Shown here in pieces: positions 41,312 through 51,123 of a stretch of DNA of 64,000 nucleotides. The notes beneath the pieces are model-generated. The model did not search any database, had not been told where the DNA came from, and saw only the letters and a program-made list of their open reading frames with translations. This stretch comes from an uncultured Syntrophaceae bacterium. GTDB taxonomy: Bacteria; Desulfobacterota; Syntrophia; Syntrophales; PHBD01. The DNA lies in the NCBI GenBank assembly GCA_964558665.1, contig CAZLFA010000011.1:4617-68616 (forward strand), written 5' to 3'. Position numbers and translations under genes: made by a program. Each line of letters starts with the position of its first letter. The first letter of the stretch is position 1.

Positions 41312-42394
41312 TTATGCCTTTCCTTCAAGCATCCCGGCCGCAGCGTTATAAACGTCATTCACGTCAATGAGATCCATACACCTGAAGTCAGTGGGGCACG
41401 TCACCTTGAGGCACGGACTGCAGGACACATCTTTGCGGATGACCAGAGAATGGTCTCCCACCGGCGAAGTAGTCAGCGGATTCGTCGAACCGAAAATGGC
41501 AACCGTGGGTATATTCAACGCTCCGGCAATGTGCATCAATCCGGAGTCGTTCGATATGTAAAGCGAACACTGCGATATAAGCGCAATGGCCTCTTTGAGA
41601 TTGGTCCTGCCGGCCAGATCCGTCATGGAATGCCCCGCATTTTTGATTACATTGCCCGTGGATTCCCTGTCAGCCTCACTTCCAAAAAGGATAACACGGG
41701 AATCGGGAAAGTCATTCATAAGACGGTCGGCTACAGCAGCAAATCTCTCCGGATACCACTTCTTCGCGGGACCGTATGTGGCTCCCGGAGCAATTCCTAT
41801 CAGTGTGGCCCCTCTTCTTATTCCGCATGACTCAAGAATTCTTTCTGCCGTGAGGCCGTATGAGGTCGGTACACTGAGGCCGGTTTTTCTTTCCGCAGGT
41901 CCCTTCAACCCCAGACTCTTCAGCATTTCCAGATAGTATTCCACCTGGTGGATCTTTCTTACGGCCTGTGTCCGTCGCACGGAATGGGTGAGCAGAGGGC
42001 CCCGCGCATCCGAGTTGTATCCCGCCCGGATGGGAATAGACGCCAGCCTGGCTATGATCGCCGCTTCTATAGCGTTCTGCAGCAGGATTGCGGCATCGAA
42101 CCTTTTCTTTTTCAGCTCTCCGGACAGCCTCAATATCCCGGCTGTCCCGGTGTGCCGTCCGGGATCGTCAAAGATGATGACCTCATCGACAAACGGAGAT
42201 ATGTTGAAAAGTTCAGCCACCCAGGGCTTCACGAGAATAGATATACGGGCATGAGGATAGGATTCGCGTATTGCAGCAACTGCCGGCATCGTCATAACCG
42301 CATCGCCGATCCAGTTGGTGCCCCTTACAAGGATATTGCCGATCTTATCAACCGGCAACCGCTTATTTCCCCGTACCTTCAGAGAATAGTCCAT
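41312..42394 (-). CDS. Glycosyltransferase family 9 (LPS heptosyltransferase, WaaF-like)
   Basis: ILVRGTNWIGDAVMTMPAVAAIRESYPHARISILVKPW and ..SNDSGLMHIAGALNIPTVAIFGSTNP. Confidence 0.75.
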   Translation of the reverse strand: MDYSLKVRGNKRLPVDKIGNILVRGTNWIGDAVMTMPAVAAIRESYPHARISILVKPWVAELFNISPFVDEVIIFDDPGRHTGTAGILRLSGELKKKRFDAAILLQNAIEAAIIARLASIPIRAGYNSDARGPLLTHSVRRTQAVRKIHQVEYYLEMLKSLGLKGPAERKTGLSVPTSYGLTAERILESCGIRRGATLIGIAPGATYGPAKKWYPERFAAVADRLMNDFPDSRVILFGSEADRESTGNVIKNAGHSMTDLAGRTNLKEAIALISQCSLYISNDSGLMHIAGALNIPTVAIFGSTNPLTTSPVGDHSLVIRKDVSCSPCLKVTCPTDFRCMDLIDVNDVYNAAAGMLEGKA

Positions 42395-42397
42395 TGT

Positions 42398-43303
42398 TTA
42401 TCCGTTTGCTTCTTTCACTCTTGCCGCCTGCCACTTCTTCGTCTTCCAGCGCTGATGAATCCACAGCCACTGATCGGGATATCTGCGCACTATCTCCTCT
42501 ATCCTCTTTGTAAACAGTTGGGTATTGGCAATGGCATCGGCATTGCGGTCACCGGTGTGAACCAGTTCGATCTCTTTCTCTATGACAAGCCGGTATCTGC
42601 CGTCGGGAAGCCGCGCCAGATAAGCGGGAATGACCGCCGCACCCGAGTGCATGGCGAGCAAAGCCGGACCGTCTGTAGTGCAGGCGGGCCTGCCGAAGAA
42701 ATCGACAAACACGCCTTCCTGCCAGGCCATGTTCTGATCGATCAGCAGTCCTATGGCTTCGTTATTCTTCAAGGTGCGAATCATCGGCCTCATTGCATGA
42801 GCCATTGCCAGGGGAATGTTCCCCGGTGAAGATCTTACGTACCGCACCAGTTCATCAAGGACAGGATTGTCCAGAGGGCGGTAAATCACAGTTGCCGGCC
42901 GCACATAGAGGGAAAAAGCGGCGGCGCTGAGTTCCCAGTTGCCGAAATGGGCGCCGATAAACAATACACCCTTTTTCTTTTCATAAGCTTGCGCGGCATT
43001 TTCCAGTCCCTCGACCTCCACCAGTTTGCCGATATTTTCCTTTGTCAGATAAGGAATATCGAAAAACTCACCGGCAATGGTTCCGATTGTACGATAAACG
43101 CCCTTGGCGATCTTTACAATTTCCTCCACGTCTTTCTCCGGAAAGGCGCAGCGGAGATTATAAAGCGTAATCATCCGATGCTTAGTCGAAACATGATAAA
43201 AAAGGCGGAAACAGGACACAAACATCGCTATCCGCATCCTTCTAGGAATCAGCCTGAACGTCTTGATAATTATCCTGGCGGTTGTTGCATGATCCATAAA
43301 CAT
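42398..43303 (-). CDS. Lipid A biosynthesis late acyltransferase (LpxL/HtrB family)
   Basis: ..GVLFIGAHFGNWEL.. (HX4D/E-type motif region) and the length fit LpxL-like proteins. The start is set at ATG 43303 because the track ORF (to 43432) would overlap the upstream lptF/G-like gene. Confidence 0.7.
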   Translation of the reverse strand: MFMDHATTARIIIKTFRLIPRRMRIAMFVSCFRLFYHVSTKHRMITLYNLRCAFPEKDVEEIVKIAKGVYRTIGTIAGEFFDIPYLTKENIGKLVEVEGLENAAQAYEKKKGVLFIGAHFGNWELSAAAFSLYVRPATVIYRPLDNPVLDELVRYVRSSPGNIPLAMAHAMRPMIRTLKNNEAIGLLIDQNMAWQEGVFVDFFGRPACTTDGPALLAMHSGAAVIPAYLARLPDGRYRLVIEKEIELVHTGDRNADAIANTQLFTKRIEEIVRRYPDQWLWIHQRWKTKKWQAARVKEANG

Positions 43304-43313
43304 TAAACCGGTT

Positions 43314-44399
43314 TTAAGTCTCCACCCTCTTGAACAGATATATGGCGGCTGTAACGAAGATGGCGTTCGCGAGCCAGGCGGAGATAAAAGGTGGAACAGT
43401 GCCCGAACGCCCCAGAGACATGGAAAAAGCATGTACTATCCAATAGGAAAATCCTATGACGATGCCCGCACCGATGCTTTTTGTCACGCCGCCGCTTCTC
43501 CCCATTTTCAGCGAAAATGATATGCCGATGAATACAAGTATCAGAGTTACAAAGGGGAAGGCCATCCTCCCGTACATATCTACCAGATGCCTTGTTACAT
43601 CGTATCCTTCACTTTCCATCTTGTTTATATAACGTCTGAGCTCCAGATATCCCATCTGCTCCGCATCCTTTTGAATGACCTGAAAATCGGCCGGCTCCTC
43701 CGCTATATCAATGTTCTTTTTATCAATCCACTTCAGCCTGGGAAATGTCCCGGCATCAAAGTAGCTCTCCATGATGTTGTGGAGCGTCCATGCCCCGTTT
43801 TTCCATTCCGCCCATTCCGCGTCGATGCGCGACGTCAGATGAAAGCCGGAATCGAGGTAGAAGATGGTAACCCCTTTCAGTATTTTATTATCCGGATCGA
43901 AAACCCTGAAATTATAAATGGCTCCTTTTCCCCGGTACCATATCTGGTTTTGCTTGAAGGCCCCCTGCCCCGCCTTTTTTTGCTTCTGTACCTCTACCAG
44001 CCTTATGTGCTCCGCCTTCTCGATGCCGTAAGGAGTCAAAAACTCCGTCACATAGAAGGTCACCAGACAGAGGATTCCGGCAATGATGATGACGGGAAGG
44101 GATATCCGGTAGAGGCTTATGCCGTTGGCTTTCATGGCTATTATCTCATTGTAGCGCGATAAGGAAGCAAAGGTCATCAGCGAGGCAAGCAGCACGGAAG
44201 CCGGAATAGTAAGAGATGCAAACAGGGGAATCTCATAAAAAAAATAGGACGACATCTGCGCGAAGGTCGCCTTATTGGACATAAACATCCGGATTTTACC
44301 GAAAAAATCAACCAGCAGGGAAAGCGAAATAAGCGTCAGCAAAATCAAAAAAAGCTGTTTTATAAATTCCCTTGATACATAACGATCAAGAATCGTCAT
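43314..44399 (-). CDS. LPS export ABC permease, LptF/LptG (YjgP/YjgQ) family
   Basis: MTILDRYVSREFIKQLFLILLTL.. N-terminus, a 6-TM layout with a large periplasmic loop and a length of 361 aa. Confidence 0.8.
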   Translation of the reverse strand: MTILDRYVSREFIKQLFLILLTLISLSLLVDFFGKIRMFMSNKATFAQMSSYFFYEIPLFASLTIPASVLLASLMTFASLSRYNEIIAMKANGISLYRISLPVIIIAGILCLVTFYVTEFLTPYGIEKAEHIRLVEVQKQKKAGQGAFKQNQIWYRGKGAIYNFRVFDPDNKILKGVTIFYLDSGFHLTSRIDAEWAEWKNGAWTLHNIMESYFDAGTFPRLKWIDKKNIDIAEEPADFQVIQKDAEQMGYLELRRYINKMESEGYDVTRHLVDMYGRMAFPFVTLILVFIGISFSLKMGRSGGVTKSIGAGIVIGFSYWIVHAFSMSLGRSGTVPPFISAWLANAIFVTAAIYLFKRVET

Positions 44400-44528
44400 C
44401 GGGTGTCCTCTATTCTAAATCAGTCTCCATCCGAAAGGTTAGAATGCGAGACCATAAGTTTCCTGCTCGGAGATGTAAAAGGAGTATTTGCTATCACGTT
44501 TAACTTTTGAAAATCAAATAGAAAATAA

Positions 44529-45710
44529 TTAGAAAAGACTCAACAGCAGACCCTTCAGATACGCCCCCTCCGGGTGCGCAAGATCTACGGGATGGTCTCC
44601 CCCTGGACTCAGCGAAGCTATGATCCTGGCTGATTTCCCGGCATCGGCGACAGCACTCTGCACGATCTTCCTGAACAGCTCCTCATTGATGTAATTGGAG
44701 CAGGAAAAGGTGGCCAGGATGCCCCCTTCCGACAAGCGCCTTGCCGCCTGCAGGTTGATGTCCTTGTAGCCTCTGGCCGCCCTCGGAACCTCTTTTTTTG
44801 TCTTGGCAAAAGCAGGGGGATCAAGGATAATGAGATCGTACATTTCTTCGGTCTGCCTGAGAAAAGTAAAGACATCCTCCCGGATTACCGGGTGGCGTCT
44901 GGGCGGAAAATAGTTTCTCTCCAGATTGCGCACCGCCGCTTCATTGGCTGACGCCGACGCCTCCACGGACACGACCCGTCTTGCCCCTCCATGGGCGCAG
45001 TACACGGAGAAGCCGCCCGTATAGGAAAAACAGTTGAGGACTCGCAGCCCTTCGGAAATCCGGCATAACTTCTCCCGGTTTGTCCGCTGATCCAGGAAGA
45101 AACCCGTCTTCTGCCCGGAGACGATGTCCGTTTCAAAGACAAAACCGTTCTCCGTGATTTCCACGAAATCGGGTATCTCATCGCCATAGACATGGCCGGT
45201 CCTGTCTGTCAGGCCTTCCGTCTTCCTGGCTCGCCCTTCGCTGCGCTCATACATCGCCAGGGGACGTATCTGGCGGATAAGGACATCGCTTATAGCCTCC
45301 CACGCCTTCTCAATACCCGCAGTGGAGATGGAAACGACGAGGTATTCACCATAACAGTCGACGATAAGTCCCGGCATGCCGTCTCCCTCGGCATTGATCA
45401 GCCGGTAGGCGGTGGTGCCGGGAGGGATGATCCTACTGCGCAGTTCAAAGGCGGAGGCGACCCGGCGGCGCCAGAACAGTTCGTTCACGGGCTGTGAGAC
45501 GTCCCTGCTCAGCATGCGGAAGGTGATATCCGCGTTGCGGTTGTAGAAACCCAGCGCCAGCGGCTCGCCTTCTGCAGATGCTGCGGCAACAATATCGCCG
45601 GATTCCGCTTTCCCCTCAACAGAGCGCACTGCCCCGGAAAAAATCCAGGGGTGCCCCTGTTTCAGCGACCTCTCGCGTCCGGGCTTCAATGTCAGAACAG
45701 GATAGTTCAT
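44529..45710 (-). CDS. SAM-dependent rRNA (cytosine-C5) methyltransferase, RlmI-like (PUA + class I MTase)
   Basis: LKPGRERSLKQGHPWIFSGAV N-terminus, a SAM-binding VLNCFSYTGGFS motif and DLIILDPPAF. Confidence 0.8.
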   Translation of the reverse strand: MNYPVLTLKPGRERSLKQGHPWIFSGAVRSVEGKAESGDIVAAASAEGEPLALGFYNRNADITFRMLSRDVSQPVNELFWRRRVASAFELRSRIIPPGTTAYRLINAEGDGMPGLIVDCYGEYLVVSISTAGIEKAWEAISDVLIRQIRPLAMYERSEGRARKTEGLTDRTGHVYGDEIPDFVEITENGFVFETDIVSGQKTGFFLDQRTNREKLCRISEGLRVLNCFSYTGGFSVYCAHGGARRVVSVEASASANEAAVRNLERNYFPPRRHPVIREDVFTFLRQTEEMYDLIILDPPAFAKTKKEVPRAARGYKDINLQAARRLSEGGILATFSCSNYINEELFRKIVQSAVADAGKSARIIASLSPGGDHPVDLAHPEGAYLKGLLLSLF

Positions 45711-45801
45711 ATTAACAGCATCAGGGACAGCAGAATGTATCCGGAAATCTTATTCACCAAGATACCCACACCTCTTCAAAACAGTTTCATCGGGGCTTCT
45801 T

Positions 45802-47313
45802 TCAGCAATCAACCATCGTCACGCCCAGGCCGCCGGTTCCCATCTCCCTGAACTGGGGAGGCAGGGCCTTGCCAGTCTCCAGCATGGCCATGATGACTCT
45901 GTCAAGGTCTTCCCAGTGCTGCGAGGTGATCTCGTTAGCCGCTATGAGATAGGCATTGTAGGCCTTGATGGCCCCGAAGGCGTTGCGTTCGATGCACGGT
46001 ATCAGCACAAAGCCTCCCACCGGGTCGCAGGACATGCCGAGATGATGCTCAAGGGCAATCGTTGCGGCTACCTCCGTGGCCTCAAGGGATGCGCCGGATG
46101 CATAGGCGATCATGGCAGCGGCCATCGATGACGCCACGCCTATTTCGCCCTGGCATCCCACTTCCGCTCCGGCAATGCCTGCATTGTTCTTGCACAGAAA
46201 CCCGACCAGCCCGGCGGCAAGCAGGCCTTTACGCATCGCGTCGCGCGACATTTTCATGTGGTTCTTCATTACATAGACAATTGCCGGCATGGTTCCCGCC
46301 GAACCAAGGGTGGGGGCGGTAACCGCCAGACGCCCGGCGGCATTGCCTTCCGATACGGCCAGGGCGTAGCTGCTCACCTGCTGCATATAACGGTCCCCTC
46401 CCTTTGCTTTCAGGGACTGCGTGTAAATTCTTTTCGCCTTACGGTGCATCTGAAACGGCCCTGGCAGGAGGCCTTCTTCCTTTAGCCCTTGTTTGACGCC
46501 GTTTTCCATGGTCTCCAGAACCATGTCGAGGTGCGCAAATATCTCCTTCTCGCCTGTTTTCATGATGGCCTTTTCGTTCTCGATCATAATCTCATGCAGG
46601 CTCTTATTTTTCTCCTTCGCCACACGCTTGAATTCTGTCATGCTGCCGTAGCGGTGCACCGGCTGTCCGCGATCCGGAGCCGGCTGCCCTTTCCACTGGA
46701 AGAAGCCTCCACCCGGAGAATAGTATTCCCGTTCGAAGAGTACCGATCCGTCCTTGCCGATCAGACGCATGATCAGCGTATTGGTAAACGGATAGTTATG
46801 CTCGATCTTGTCCCATACCAGCGTGTCTTTGCCCAGCACGAAGCTTTTCCCGTTGATTACGGTCGTGTACTTCTTTGTGGTGTCCTGAAGTTCATCCATC
46901 AGCTTCGGGTCGCATGTTTCAGGTTTCTGCCCCAGCAAACCCGCCAGTATGGCGCGGTCGGTACGGTGCCCTCTGCCGGTGGCGCTCAGGCTGCCGAAGA
47001 GCCTCGCCTCAATGGATTGCGCTTTATCCATGGTGCTTTTCGGAAGACCTTCCAGAGCCTCCCGGAAATTGCTCGAAATGCGCAGGGGCGCAATGGTATG
47101 GGAACTCGACGGTCCCGGACCGATCTTGAACATATCCTTAAGCGAAGTCACGATCACACCCTTGGGCGCGCCCTGGTAGCACTTGTCCGCTGCGATGCCG
47201 GGAAAGGCACGGGAAGGGATTCCCCTGGCAGATGCAGGATTCGGGTTCAGCAGAAGACTGCCGACGCCTGCCGATGAAATCAAGGCGACCTTCAAAAAAT
47301 TGCGACGATCCAT
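45802..47313 (-). CDS. sdaA: Iron-sulfur L-serine ammonia-lyase (single-chain L-serine dehydratase) with an N-terminal twin-arginine signal-like extension
   Basis: The core starts at DMFKIGPGPSSSHTIAPLR (canonical SdaA N-terminus) and is preceded by MDRRNFLKVALISSAGVGSLLLNPNPASARG (RRxFLK + hydrophobic region + ASA). Confidence 0.85.
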   Translation of the reverse strand: MDRRNFLKVALISSAGVGSLLLNPNPASARGIPSRAFPGIAADKCYQGAPKGVIVTSLKDMFKIGPGPSSSHTIAPLRISSNFREALEGLPKSTMDKAQSIEARLFGSLSATGRGHRTDRAILAGLLGQKPETCDPKLMDELQDTTKKYTTVINGKSFVLGKDTLVWDKIEHNYPFTNTLIMRLIGKDGSVLFEREYYSPGGGFFQWKGQPAPDRGQPVHRYGSMTEFKRVAKEKNKSLHEIMIENEKAIMKTGEKEIFAHLDMVLETMENGVKQGLKEEGLLPGPFQMHRKAKRIYTQSLKAKGGDRYMQQVSSYALAVSEGNAAGRLAVTAPTLGSAGTMPAIVYVMKNHMKMSRDAMRKGLLAAGLVGFLCKNNAGIAGAEVGCQGEIGVASSMAAAMIAYASGASLEATEVAATIALEHHLGMSCDPVGGFVLIPCIERNAFGAIKAYNAYLIAANEITSQHWEDLDRVIMAMLETGKALPPQFREMGTGGLGVTMVDC

Positions 47314-47356
47314 AAGACACCTCCTGGTTTATTATTAGATCTGTTGATGATTGATA

Positions 47357-48952
47357 TCAACCGGCTGCGAGAGCGATAATGATCTGGACGATTACGATCT
47401 TCAGTATCGTCGCGCCGGGGAAGATAATAGCATATCCGATATCGGGCCGGTCCGTCGGAACCAGTTTGGCGGCATACGCAAGAATGGCGGGATTCCCGGT
47501 AACGCCGGCCGTTATGCCGAGAAGGTCGTCGAAGGGAATCTTCATGACACGGTAGCCGACGCTCATTGTAATCAGGACGACAGACAGGAGCATAACTGCT
47601 CCGATCGCAAGAAACAGAAAACCTGTCTCATGAACTGTGGCCACAAATTTAGGGCCGGAACTCATGCCCACCTGAGCAAGGAAAAGCGTCAAGCCGAAAT
47701 TGCGCAGCGTCAGATTGGCCGATATCGGCATCGTCCAGGACATAATGCCGGTCCGTCCCAGTTTGCCCAGGATCAATGCCATGATCAGCGGGCCTCCCGC
47801 GAGTCCCAGTTCCAGCGTTCCCAGGCCGGGCACGGGAAACGGAATAGACCCGAGGATGACGCCGAGCACCATGCCGATGCCGATGGAGATATAGCTGAAT
47901 TCCGTCGTGCTCTTTATGGAGTCTCCGAATGCCTTGCGCAGCGCGGCATCGTCCTTCATGTCGACGAGAACTCCCACCAAGTCGCCGAATTCAAGAATCA
48001 GATTAGGCCGTGGAAGCAGCTGTGTATCGCCGCGTCTTACATTGACGATGGTATGGTCGATATCAGGAATCTTCAAATCGGCCAGACGGGTTCCGACCAT
48101 CGTTCTTTTGGAAACGAAGACTCGTGAATAAATCATTTTCTCACGGCCGGCCAGTATTCTGCCTCTGGGATCGTATTCTCCCAGAAGCTGTCTGGCCTGC
48201 TCAATGCCCTCGTGCTCGTTGCCGACAGCCATGACGACATTGTTCTCTTCCAGAACCAGATCCTGATGAGCTATCCGGTTGACGTGATTCTGGCGGACGG
48301 CAATTACCTGCACGCTGAGAGGAAGAAGCTGAGAGATCTCACAGAGCGTCTTCCCCGCAACGCCGGGATTTCTTACTATCATTTCCACCGTTTCCAGACC
48401 GCCTCCGGTGGCCGCTTCGATGCGCGGCTTTATGATGAGCATGGCGATATACATGCAGAGAATGGGGCCGATGACTCCGAAGGGATAGGCCACACTGTAA
48501 CCGATTGCCGGTTCGCTGTTTTTGGCCGCTTCCATCGCCGCCTGCAGTGTTGCGGTGCTTGTCATTGACCCGGCAAACATACCCGCCACGTATGTGCTCC
48601 TGATGTGCATAATCTCAATTGCCGCGAAAATGACTGCCACGCACGCGGAAAGGGCAAGGACGGCAAGGAGATTGTAGCGGCGGCCGGCAGCGCTCATCAG
48701 ACCGGAAAAGAACTGCCTGCCGTACTGGATGCCGATCCCGTAAAGAAACATCACTAGACCCAGAGTCCCCACAAGTCCCGGCGGCGCTGACTTGGGTGCG
48801 AACGCCCCCACAGCAAGACCGACAAAAAGAACGGCGCCGACGCCCAGGGAAAACCCGCGCATATTGATCTCTCCCAGGGCATAACCGATGCCGATGACCA
48901 GAAAGAGCGTCATGATCGGTGTCTGTTCGAGGATGAGCTTCAGATATTCCAT
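47357..48952 (-). CDS. AspT/YidE/YbjL-family transporter (duplicated membrane domains with central TrkA-C/RCK_C domains)
   Basis: 531 aa with N- and C-terminal multi-TM halves and a central soluble region (..VVMAVGNEHEGIEQARQLLG.. / ..GDLVGVLVDMKDDAALRKAFG..). The family call is from memory. Confidence 0.65.
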   Translation of the reverse strand: MEYLKLILEQTPIMTLFLVIGIGYALGEINMRGFSLGVGAVLFVGLAVGAFAPKSAPPGLVGTLGLVMFLYGIGIQYGRQFFSGLMSAAGRRYNLLAVLALSACVAVIFAAIEIMHIRSTYVAGMFAGSMTSTATLQAAMEAAKNSEPAIGYSVAYPFGVIGPILCMYIAMLIIKPRIEAATGGGLETVEMIVRNPGVAGKTLCEISQLLPLSVQVIAVRQNHVNRIAHQDLVLEENNVVMAVGNEHEGIEQARQLLGEYDPRGRILAGREKMIYSRVFVSKRTMVGTRLADLKIPDIDHTIVNVRRGDTQLLPRPNLILEFGDLVGVLVDMKDDAALRKAFGDSIKSTTEFSYISIGIGMVLGVILGSIPFPVPGLGTLELGLAGGPLIMALILGKLGRTGIMSWTMPISANLTLRNFGLTLFLAQVGMSSGPKFVATVHETGFLFLAIGAVMLLSVVLITMSVGYRVMKIPFDDLLGITAGVTGNPAILAYAAKLVPTDRPDIGYAIIFPGATILKIVIVQIIIALAAG

Positions 48953-49220
48953 GAGATGACCTCCCTCTGAGTACTGGATTTGATGAGTGGGTAAGTATAG
49001 AGAAGCAGCTCTCTTATGTCAATCAAAACCGGCCTGACATGCAGGGAATATAGGTGCCGACATTATTGGCTGTCGCACCGACCGGCAATTAATCAGTTGC
49101 CGGATGGAACTTTGTAAGGTCTGCGCAAAGGGTTTGCAAAGGTGAGAACGCAAGGAACAGGCATGCCTGTTCCCTACAAATAATTTCATCATGATGCCGA
49201 TGTGGCGAGCGCTCTGATTC

Positions 49221-49242
49221 AGAAAAGGAAAGAACTCTTTCC
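49221..49242 (-). terminator. Rho-independent terminator downstream of the OmpR-type RR gene
   Basis: On the - strand: GGAAAGAGTTCTTTCC (49242..49227) followed by TTTTCT, 11 nt after the stop codon. Confidence 0.6.
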
Positions 49243-49252
49243 GGATGGAAGC

Positions 49253-49984
49253 TTACTGATGGTCGAATATATATCCAATCGAACGCAGGCTCTGGAAATA
49301 TGCAGGGTTGTGAGGATCGTCCTCGAAGTATTTCCTCAGACGTACCAGAAAGATATCGACTGTGCGTGTGTTGGACTGGCCGGTATATCCCCATCCTACT
49401 TCCAGCAGGTATTTTCTGGATAAAGGCTTACCCCTGTTTGCGATAAATACCTTGAGCAGTCTTGCTTCCTGATCTGTGAGCTGTATCGTTCCCTGCCGGC
49501 ATACGGCCGTCATGGTTTCGAAATCCACTGTATTGCCGCCAAAGGAGTAGGTTTTCATCTCCGACGCCTCTGCCTGATCATCCGGCTTGTGATGTCCGTT
49601 CCACGAGGCGCGCATCATGAGACGCTCAATTCGCAGCAGAAACTCATCGAGGTTGAAAGGCTTGGCAAGATAGTCGTCCACTCCGCAGGCAAAACCTTTG
49701 ATACGGTCATCCGGTTCTCCCTTGGCGGAAAGAATCAACACGGGGATCCTCTCATCGGCAAGCCTGATATGCTTCAACACGGAGAAGCCGTCAAGCCCCG
49801 GAAGCATGATATCCAGTACGATAAGCTGGGGGTTCCAGTCCTTCCACCTCTGAATGCCCTGGGGACCGCTGCCCGCAATCTCCACATCGTACCCCTGAAG
49901 GGTAAGGTTCAGCTTCAATCCCTCGGCGATATGCCGGTCGTCCTCGACGACAAGTATGCGGCGGCGCTCACTGTGCTTCATCAC
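49253..49984 (-). CDS. OmpR/PhoB-family response regulator
   Basis: ILVVEDDRHIAEGL..LIVLDIMLPGLDG.., with a C-terminal winged helix (..TVDIFLVRLRKYFE..IGYIF). Confidence 0.9.
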   Translation of the reverse strand: MMKHSERRRILVVEDDRHIAEGLKLNLTLQGYDVEIAGSGPQGIQRWKDWNPQLIVLDIMLPGLDGFSVLKHIRLADERIPVLILSAKGEPDDRIKGFACGVDDYLAKPFNLDEFLLRIERLMMRASWNGHHKPDDQAEASEMKTYSFGGNTVDFETMTAVCRQGTIQLTDQEARLLKVFIANRGKPLSRKYLLEVGWGYTGQSNTRTVDIFLVRLRKYFEDDPHNPAYFQSLRSIGYIFDHQ

Positions 49985-50988
49985 TTAACCTCCATCTTGC
50001 CATCGAGAGGAAGCGTCAGCGTAAAGACGGACCCTTTGCCCTCCCCTTCGCTTTCGGCGGCGATTTTTCCCTTATGCAGCCTGGCAATGTGCTGCACAAG
50101 ATACAGACCTATGCCGCTGCCGTGCGCGGCGACTTTTTCATGGCGGATTCCCTGATGAAATTTCTGGAATATCTTTTTCCTCTCCCCTTTTGCGATGCCG
50201 ACTCCGTTGTCACGAAAATGAATTAATATATTTGTTTGCGTAACGTTAAAGGAGATATCGATGCGCGGTCTCGCCGATTCATTATATTTAACGGCGTTAT
50301 TGAGGATGTTCATGAGGAGGATTTCGAACAAAGACGTGATCACCGGATAGAAAACGGGCTTTCCCGAGACATTCTCGACGCTGATGTCGCAATCATTGAA
50401 TATGTGGCGGTTTGCCGACAGGAAGTGCTGGACGACCTCCACGAGATCGCGCAGTTCATGCTCTCCTTCATATACCTTGCTTTCGATGCGGGCCAGGTTA
50501 AGGATGCTGTTTATGTTTCCCGAAAGACGCTCTATGTCGCTGAGCATGAAATTTATATATTTCAACTGTTCTTCACGGGGAATTTCATGTCTGGCGAACG
50601 TTTCCAGATACAGCTTGAGCGAGGTCACCGGAGTTTTCAACTCATGCGTAAAATTGCCGATGAAGCTGTTCTGCATCCTGTACAACTGGTAGGTTTTGAG
50701 ATTGTAGATAAAGATGATGAGGATGCCTGCCAGAATCACGCCCACCAGCAATGAGAGGACAAGGATGACCACCCAGGTCTTCGCTTCATAAAACTGGTTG
50801 GGATCAAGTCGATAGTGGCGGATAAGCCAGTGCAGCCCCTCACTAACCGTTACGTACCAGTAAATATAGAGAAAAAGAGAGATCACCAGCGCGACGGTGG
50901 AAAGAGTAAATACGAAAATCGGGTGGATGTACCAGCTTGGCTGCTTCATAATGTGAAAGACATTATCGTAGGTCTCTGCCCATGTCAA
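49981..50988 (-). CDS. Sensor histidine kinase (PhoR/EnvZ-like, two TM segments)
   Basis: H-box FIGNFTHELKTPVTS and HATPase boxes (LNNAVKYN, DNGVGI, GSGIGLYLV). There is a 4-nt overlap with the RR gene. Confidence 0.88.
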   Translation of the reverse strand: MTWAETYDNVFHIMKQPSWYIHPIFVFTLSTVALVISLFLYIYWYVTVSEGLHWLIRHYRLDPNQFYEAKTWVVILVLSLLVGVILAGILIIFIYNLKTYQLYRMQNSFIGNFTHELKTPVTSLKLYLETFARHEIPREEQLKYINFMLSDIERLSGNINSILNLARIESKVYEGEHELRDLVEVVQHFLSANRHIFNDCDISVENVSGKPVFYPVITSLFEILLMNILNNAVKYNESARPRIDISFNVTQTNILIHFRDNGVGIAKGERKKIFQKFHQGIRHEKVAAHGSGIGLYLVQHIARLHKGKIAAESEGEGKGSVFTLTLPLDGKMEVK

Positions 50989-51123
50989 CAGAGACCGCCT
51001 ATCGATTTTCTTTCCCCTGCCGGGACAATTGTAAAAGTATTGTAAAACACTGTATTTACTCTTTTTTTATCGACCAAAATCTCCTATGTTGCGCCCCAGC
51101 AAAAACAGAAAAGGAGACCCGAC

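Noticed and set aside
49039-49059. Sigma-54-like GGCAC...CTGCA on the - strand upstream of the transporter gene
   Set aside because: The GG-to-GC spacing is about 4 nt too long relative to the TGGCAC-N5-TTGCA consensus.
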